A DNA stretch of 64,000 nucleotides from contig PFBJ01000003.1 in NCBI GenBank assembly GCA_002778575.1, forward strand, positions 11,057 through 75,056. The letters run 5' to 3'. The notes beneath the pieces were generated by a model. It was given only the letters and a program-made list of their open reading frames with translations. It searched no databases and had not been told where the DNA came from. Each line of letters opens with the position of its first letter. Positions within the stretch are counted from its first letter, which is position 1. A program made the position numbers and the translations under genes. Shown here in pieces: positions 58,563-64,000 of the stretch. Origin of the DNA: Candidatus Kaiserbacteria bacterium CG10_big_fil_rev_8_21_14_0_10_49_17 (GTDB lineage Bacteria > Patescibacteriota > Minisyncoccia > Phycocordibacterales > JABMNX01).

Positions 58563-58763
58563 ATGTTACGAATGAACCATCGCTTTTTCGTACTAATTGC
58601 AGGACTGATCTTCCTTGGTGTGGGCATCTTGCATGGAGCACGAATTTTCTACGGATGGAGCGCTATGATTGGTCCGTGGGTTGTGCCAATATGGGTCTCA
58701 ATGCTCGCGGTCTTTATCGGCTTTATTATGGCAATTGCAGCCATCCGAGACTTTTTGCGATAA
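58563..58763 (+). CDS. Small two-TM protein
   Basis: IF..VG.LH..RI..GW...IG.W.VP.W.S pattern; hairpin downstream. Confidence 0.7.
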   Translation: MLRMNHRFFVLIAGLIFLGVGILHGARIFYGWSAMIGPWVVPIWVSMLAVFIGFIMAIAAIRDFLR

Positions 58764-58782
58764 GACGTTACCGCAAAGCAAG

Positions 58783-58812
58783 GAGTAACCGCGCCAATAG
58801 GCGCGGTTACTC
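58783..58812. terminator. Bidirectional hairpin between convergent small genes
   Basis: gagtaaccgcgcc-aata-ggcgcggttactc. Confidence 0.75.
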
Positions 58813-58813
58813 A

Positions 58814-59050
58814 TTACCTCTTACCGGCAATGTTTTCTCTGCCGAGAACATCTTCACTGAATTCTGTAAAACACGTATCGCAGGACACGGAGGTGGTAAA
58901 AATATACTCAGGCGGTCCGCCAATCTTTGTGCTAAAATCAAACGCTTTTAGCTGCGGGGTAGACCGAGTGACTATGTAGCCGTCACAGTGTACATGCGGA
59001 CACGGAATATCCGTGGTTTTCACAATTGGAGAGAGGTTTGAAGATTTCAT
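58814..59050 (-). CDS. Small putative zinc-ribbon protein
   Basis: CPHVHC...CDTC; AGGAG SD. Confidence 0.6.
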   Translation of the reverse strand: MKSSNLSPIVKTTDIPCPHVHCDGYIVTRSTPQLKAFDFSTKIGGPPEYIFTTSVSCDTCFTEFSEDVLGRENIAGKR

Positions 59051-59097
59051 GCATATCTCCTCTCAAAGATTCTGCCTGCAGGAAGTGTAGCAATTGC

Positions 59098-61104
59098 TTA
59101 TTTTTCTTCAAGCGCGCGGATTTCATCACGAATAATGGCCGCGGTTTCAAAATCAAGCACCTTCACCGCTTCTTCCATTTGTCGGCGTTTTTCCTTTATA
59201 AACTTCTTTGGGGCTTTTTTGTACAGCTCCCTCTCGACTGACAGAAGCGTGGTGACAGCTTTTTGGTGCTCGCTCTTAAGTTGCTCTGTTATATCTTTGA
59301 TCGCCTTCTTAATCGTCGTTGGTGTGATGCCGTGCTCTTTATTGTATGCAATCTGTTTCTCCCGCCGCCTATTTGTCTCTTCTATTGCCCGTTCCATCGA
59401 ACCGGTCATTTCATCCGCGTATAAAATGACCCTGCCCTTCACATTGCGCGCCGCCCGCCCAATGGTTTGCAAGAGGCTTGTCTGTGAGCGCAGGAACCCC
59501 TCCTTATCAGCATCGAGTATTCCAACCAGTTCCACTTCAGGAAGATCGAGGCCTTCGCGCAAGAGGTTCACGCCGACGAGCACGTCAAAATGCCCCTTGC
59601 GAAAATCAGTCAAAATAGTGATGCGGTCTATGGTTGTAATATCACTGTGAAGGTACTCTGCCTTTATATCTCTCTCTTTCAGAAAATCTGCTAAATCTTC
59701 GGCCATTTTCTTTGTGAGCGTTGTAGTGAGCACTCGTCCGCCGCCACGCACTGTTTTTACCGCCTCCTCAATAAAGTCCTCAACTTGACCAGGGTATGAA
59801 CTCGAACCAATTACTGGTCGTATATCAATTTCCGGATCAATGAGACCGGTCGGTCGAATGATTTGCTCTACCGGTGTGCCTGAGTGCTCTAATTCATACG
59901 GTCCGGGGGTTGCGGAGGTGTAAATGCACTCCCCGATTCGCGCTTCAAATTCATCAAACTGCAGCGGCCGGTTATCAACTGCAGACGGCAAACGAAAGCC
60001 GTGCAGAACAAGCGTCTCTTTACGCGAGCGGTCACCTGCATACATGCCGCCCAGCTGCGGAATGGTCACATGCGATTCATCAATAACAGTGAGAAAGTCA
60101 GGCTTTCCGTCTTTTGTATGTGGAAAATAGTCAATCAGTGTATACGGCGGCTCGCCCGGTTTGCGCCTATCGAAGTGCCGGGAGTAATTCTCAATACCAT
60201 TACAGTAGCCGATCTCCCGAATGAGCGCTAAATCGTGATTCGTGCGGCGCTTCAGTCGCTCCGCCTCAAGCACGTTCCCCATTTTCTCCAAATCCGCCAA
60301 ACGTTCCTTTAATTCAGCCTGTATGTCTTTCATTGCAACATCGCGTTCTTCCTCGGGCGTGACATAGTGTTTTGCGGGAAAAAGAAAGAAAGTATCGTGC
60401 TCACCGACAACTGCACGCGATATGCCATCAATTTCGGTGATGTGTGCGATTTTTCCGTCAATAAGTTCAATGCTGTAAATAACCTTTTCATTTGTCGGCA
60501 TTATTTCAATTCGATTTCCAACCGCCCGAAAGGTGCCGGGAGTAAGGTCGGCATTTGTTCTCTCAAAGTAAATGTTGACGAGTCGCCGTAAAAAGTCAGA
60601 CCGAGGGAGGTCTGCGCCTTTTTCGATTCTCATGTGTACACGTTCATACTCCTCAGGAGAGCCGAGGCCGTAAATGCACGACACTGACGCAACGACAATG
60701 ACATCCTCTCGCGTGAGAAGTGCTTGTGTGGTGGCGTGGCGAAGGCGCTCTATCTCCTCATTTATCTGCGCTTCTTTTTCAATATAGGTGTCCGAAACCG
60801 GTAAATATGCTTCCGGTTGATAGTAGTCGTAGTAAGAAACAAAGTAGTGCACTGCTGCGTCGGGGAAAAATTCTCGATACTCTTGCGCAAGCTGTGCGGC
60901 GAGCGTTTTATTGTGTGCAATAACGAGCGTTGGCTTCCCAATTTGTTCAATAACATTTGCAATAGAAAAAGTCTTTCCGGTGCCCGTTGCACCCAAAAGT
61001 GTTTGGTGGCGCCTGCCAGCCTCTACCCCTTTAACGAGCGCCTCTATTGCCTTTGGCTGATCCCCTTGGGGCGTAAATTCTGATTTGATTTTAAGCTTTG
61101 CCAT
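59098..61104 (-). CDS. uvrB: Excinuclease ABC subunit B
   Basis: GATGTGKT, HNKTLAAQL, YYDYYQPEAY, DESH, LLREGLD, QTIGRAARN. Confidence 0.98.
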   Translation of the reverse strand: MAKLKIKSEFTPQGDQPKAIEALVKGVEAGRRHQTLLGATGTGKTFSIANVIEQIGKPTLVIAHNKTLAAQLAQEYREFFPDAAVHYFVSYYDYYQPEAYLPVSDTYIEKEAQINEEIERLRHATTQALLTREDVIVVASVSCIYGLGSPEEYERVHMRIEKGADLPRSDFLRRLVNIYFERTNADLTPGTFRAVGNRIEIMPTNEKVIYSIELIDGKIAHITEIDGISRAVVGEHDTFFLFPAKHYVTPEEERDVAMKDIQAELKERLADLEKMGNVLEAERLKRRTNHDLALIREIGYCNGIENYSRHFDRRKPGEPPYTLIDYFPHTKDGKPDFLTVIDESHVTIPQLGGMYAGDRSRKETLVLHGFRLPSAVDNRPLQFDEFEARIGECIYTSATPGPYELEHSGTPVEQIIRPTGLIDPEIDIRPVIGSSSYPGQVEDFIEEAVKTVRGGGRVLTTTLTKKMAEDLADFLKERDIKAEYLHSDITTIDRITILTDFRKGHFDVLVGVNLLREGLDLPEVELVGILDADKEGFLRSQTSLLQTIGRAARNVKGRVILYADEMTGSMERAIEETNRRREKQIAYNKEHGITPTTIKKAIKDITEQLKSEHQKAVTTLLSVERELYKKAPKKFIKEKRRQMEEAVKVLDFETAAIIRDEIRALEEK

Positions 61105-62314
61105 AATACTTTGTAAGGAATTCTTGCCGGTACTCTCGGAATGTACCATCTAGCAGTGAGGCGCGAATGCGAGCCAGTAACTGCATCATGAAAAACAGAT
61201 TATGTTCTGACGCCAGCACCGCACCGAGCATTTCACGACTGCGAAAAAGGTGCGCGAGGTATGCCTTTGAGTACGTTTTCCCTACTTCGCTTCCGGTCTC
61301 TTCATCAAGCAGCGTATGGTCAGTACGATACCGCGCATTCAGTATATGTATTTCGCCTCGCGCAGTATAGAGAGTGCCGGTACGCGCAAGTCGAGTCGGC
61401 GCGACGCAGTCAAATGTATCTATACCGTGTTCGACTCCGTCAAAGAGGTCTCTCGGTTCGCTGCCGATACCGAGAAGGTGTCGCGGCTTTTCCATCGGGA
61501 GGATGGTATTAACACGCGCTAGTGACGCGTCGAGGTCTTTCTTTGAAAATGAACCGCCGATACCGAATCCATCAAAATCCATGCCGGCAATTACTTTTGC
61601 GCTCTCTTCGCGCAAGTGAGCAAACCTGCCGCCTTGGACAATACCAAAAAGCGCCTGTCTTCGCGCGGAATCAATATTCCTTTTATGCGAGAGGAGCGAG
61701 CGTTTTGCCCAGCGGTGCGTGCGCTCCATTGCTTCTTTTTGGTACGCCTCATCAGCTGTCGGTGACGTGCACTCATCAAATGCAAAAATAATATCGGCTC
61801 CAAGCGCGTGTTGGATTTCCATGGAGCGCTCTGGGGTAAAGCGGTGTAGTGAGCCGTCGAGGTGTGAGGTAAACGACACCCCGTCTTCATCAATAATGGC
61901 AAGTTTGCCGTGACTCTGCGCCAGTTCCTTGTTGTATGGCACGAGTGCCTCATCCGCGTCGACGTCTCTTTCAAATTTATTTATTCCTTTTCCAAATCCT
62001 GCGCCAAGCGAGAATACTTGGAATCCTCCCGAGTCGGTAAATGTCGGGCCGCTCCAATTCATAAATGAACCTATGCCGCCCGCCTCTGCTACAACTTTCT
62101 CACCCGGCTCTAGGTAGAGGTGGTAGGTATTACCGAGCACTGCCTGCACGCCAATGCGCGAAAGCGTTTCCGTCGAGAGGCCTTTGACTGTCGCTTTTGT
62201 CCCGACGGCAATAAACGCCGGCGTTTTAATGGTGCCACGGGCAGTCGAAAGCTCCCCGGCACGCGCACGCGTGCCGTGGAGCGTTTCCACTATCTCGAAG
62301 GAAAACGAGCTCAT
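61091..62314 (-). CDS. tgt: tRNA-guanine transglycosylase
   Basis: VGT.ATVK, NTYHL, TDSGGFQVFSL, FDEC, GIVQGG, DTFDCV.PTR.AR. Confidence 0.95.
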   Translation of the reverse strand: MSSFSFEIVETLHGTRARAGELSTARGTIKTPAFIAVGTKATVKGLSTETLSRIGVQAVLGNTYHLYLEPGEKVVAEAGGIGSFMNWSGPTFTDSGGFQVFSLGAGFGKGINKFERDVDADEALVPYNKELAQSHGKLAIIDEDGVSFTSHLDGSLHRFTPERSMEIQHALGADIIFAFDECTSPTADEAYQKEAMERTHRWAKRSLLSHKRNIDSARRQALFGIVQGGRFAHLREESAKVIAGMDFDGFGIGGSFSKKDLDASLARVNTILPMEKPRHLLGIGSEPRDLFDGVEHGIDTFDCVAPTRLARTGTLYTARGEIHILNARYRTDHTLLDEETGSEVGKTYSKAYLAHLFRSREMLGAVLASEHNLFFMMQLLARIRASLLDGTFREYRQEFLTKYYGKA

Positions 62315-62349
62315 TCCCTCAAGCGTAACTATTTTACAACTCTTGGCAA

Positions 62350-62823
62350 CTACTCTATGCCAAGCAATTCCACTTCAAAGACAAGGGTTTCTTTTTGTAG
62401 CGGATGTCCGGCTACCGCGCTGTAGGCAAGCGATGAAGGAATAACAAGCTTGCGTACGCCACCAACCTTCATACCAACAACGCCTTGCTCCCACCCTGCG
62501 ATCACGCTTCCTGTGCCCAGAGTAAATGAGAAGGGTTCCCCGCGGTCCTTCGAGCTGTCGAACTTCTGTCCGTTTGTAAGTGTACCGACATAGTGAACTG
62601 AGACGGTGTCTCCGGCTTTCGCCTCGCTACCGGTTCCCTCCTGTATGTCAGTTATGTGCAGCTGATTTACAGTTGCACTGTTTTCTTCTGTATCTACCAT
62701 AGGTGCTTCAGTTACGGTTGTACCAGCTGACCGCATCTGTGCTCGCAAAAGCGCGAAGCCAAAAACAATAACAACCAATACAAGCGCTCCAATCAATAGT
62801 AATCGTCGTGCCGAATCGGACAT
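62350..62823 (-). CDS. FKBP-type peptidyl-prolyl isomerase, N-terminally anchored
   Basis: VHYVGTL.NG.KFDSS, VIAGWEQG, GMKVGG.RKL.IP. Confidence 0.95.
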   Translation of the reverse strand: MSDSARRLLLIGALVLVVIVFGFALLRAQMRSAGTTVTEAPMVDTEENSATVNQLHITDIQEGTGSEAKAGDTVSVHYVGTLTNGQKFDSSKDRGEPFSFTLGTGSVIAGWEQGVVGMKVGGVRKLVIPSSLAYSAVAGHPLQKETLVFEVELLGIE

Positions 62824-62824
62824 A

Positions 62825-63280
62825 TTACTCCGCTACCACGCGCGTGTAGGTTAGTACCCCGCCGCGATCAAGGTAAATAAGTGCGAGCGAGCCTGCGGTC
62901 ACTTCCGCAATTGAGAAGTAATACGCCTCTTCACCGTCAACGATCTTCAGGTATATCGCTCCGGGAATAGCCGGCACGGGTTCATTGCCAACTTCGGTAA
63001 AGACGTTCCAGCTGCCGCCGGAAATTTCCTCGCCGTCATACACTTCAGAAAGCGTTCCATCAGCATTGAAAATGCGTACCGACTTTTCGTCATCGGTTGA
63101 CTGCCACGCTCCGACAAGCCCGGCTTCGATCGCTTCAGTCGACTGTTCAGTATCTGCGCTCGTATCACTCGCTGCTGGAGCGGCTACGTTCTGACTTCCC
63201 CCAGGAATGCCAAAGTATAGAAACCCGACTGCCGCAATAGCGATAAGCACAATAACAATAAGAATTGGATGTGTTTTCAT
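62825..63280 (-). CDS. Membrane-anchored lipocalin-like hypothetical protein
   Basis: N-terminal TM; LVGAW..TDD, F.ADGT, L.YTRV. Confidence 0.7.
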   Translation of the reverse strand: MKTHPILIVIVLIAIAAVGFLYFGIPGGSQNVAAPAASDTSADTEQSTEAIEAGLVGAWQSTDDEKSVRIFNADGTLSEVYDGEEISGGSWNVFTEVGNEPVPAIPGAIYLKIVDGEEAYYFSIAEVTAGSLALIYLDRGGVLTYTRVVAE

Positions 63281-63330
63281 ATCTATTACTAAGACTGCTA
63301 ATTAATCGGAGTATACCGTTAAACGGAGTC

Positions 63331-63417
63331 TTAGAAAAGGTGTAGCGCGACACCGAAAAAGAGGTAGAACACAAGAAAGACAACGACAAGGAGGACGATA
63401 ATAGGTGGATGTTTCAT
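63331..63417 (-). CDS. 28-aa single-TM peptide (not in the ORF track)
   Basis: MKHPPIIVLLVVVFLVFYLFFGVALHLF; its ATG directly follows the TspO stop (TAAATG). Confidence 0.5.
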   Translation of the reverse strand: MKHPPIIVLLVVVFLVFYLFFGVALHLF

Positions 63418-63822
63418 TTAATTGAGAAAGAAAATTGTAATTTGAAGCACTGTTGCAAATGTACCCCACAGGAGGTACGGGAGAAGAAGAATGAAGAGCA
63501 GCTTAGACACTCGCCACGCGTACCACTGAAGAAGCGCCACTGTGGCAAGCACAAAGAGAATATCAAGTGACGCCCACAACTCGCCTGGAAGCAACAATTG
63601 CAACGGCGTGAAGACAATGTTGCCTATCATATTAAGAACAAGAATAAGAAAGAGCTTCCAGTCTGCGCGTTTTTTATATACGAGGTAGAGGATGTATACG
63701 GCGGCAAGCGCGATAAGCGGGTAGATAATCCCCCACGCAAGTCCAAATACCCATTCCGGCGGTGCAAAAAATGGCTTGGTAATGGCTGTGTAGTATTCTT
63801 GGTACCCCATTGCGTATTCCAT
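63418..63822 (-). CDS. tspO: TspO/MBR tryptophan-rich sensory protein
   Basis: KP.FAPP.WVFG.AW.IIY, PYLLW..FAT.L; start at 63822 or 63810. Confidence 0.9.
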   Translation of the reverse strand: MEYAMGYQEYYTAITKPFFAPPEWVFGLAWGIIYPLIALAAVYILYLVYKKRADWKLFLILVLNMIGNIVFTPLQLLLPGELWASLDILFVLATVALLQWYAWRVSKLLFILLLPYLLWGTFATVLQITIFFLN

Positions 63823-63823
63823 G

Positions 63824-64000
63824 TTAGCTCGTTTTATTTTTGAACTCCTCGGTAAAAATATCCGCAAGCGTTACGAGCGGGAAAGTAACACTCTGCACTC
63901 CCGCCGCATACGGCGCAACGTGGTACGGAGAGAAAAAGAACTGTATTGTATCTCCTGAAATAACGAAGCCTTCAAAGTTCTCTTGCACCGGTTCCGTACC
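63824..64000 (-). CDS. C-terminal fragment of a DUF3298/RsiV-like protein
   Basis: Translated by hand: NFEGFVI...FFFSPYHVAPYAAG.Q.V.FP. Confidence 0.75.
   Translation of the reverse strand, partial: GTEPVQENFEGFVISGDTIQFFFSPYHVAPYAAGVQSVTFPLVTLADIFTEEFKNKTS

Overview
This 64 kb window looks like chromosomal DNA from a genome-reduced Patescibacteria (CPR) bacterium, most likely Parcubacteria. The taxonomy is inferred from the gene content: short ND-type AspRS, truncated AlaRS, an FtsA-like/baseplate-J-like pair, a sigma-r4/HARE-HTH protein and 7TM kinases. It uses the standard code, with TGA as a stop, and most genes lie on the minus strand. Core genes include aspS, trpS, grpE-dnaK-dnaJ, infA-rpmJ-rpsMKD-rpoA-rplQ-rplM-rpsI, alaS, ung, mnmA, mltG, leuS, ychF, a ddl-like ligase, uvrA/B/C and tgt. 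These are interspersed with accessory genes: an RND pump pair, a eukaryote-type arginine kinase, a 2OG-Fe(II) oxygenase, a NYN protein, surface proteins and SD-led ORFans with their own terminators. No integrase, transposase, prophage, rRNA or CRISPR array was seen. The most striking non-coding feature is an intact tRNA-Ala(UGC) sitting at the tip of a long hairpin, which is itself inserted at the anticodon of a degenerate copy of the same tRNA (46291-46554). Other highlights are a PlsC-like/acyl-ACP-reductase-like/7TM kinase module, an orphan two-hairpin sRNA candidate, a structured uvrA leader, widespread leaderless-promoter architecture, a TGT lacking its zinc cysteines and a minimised UvrA/UvrC. 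All family calls come from motif recognition by eye; no database searches were run.
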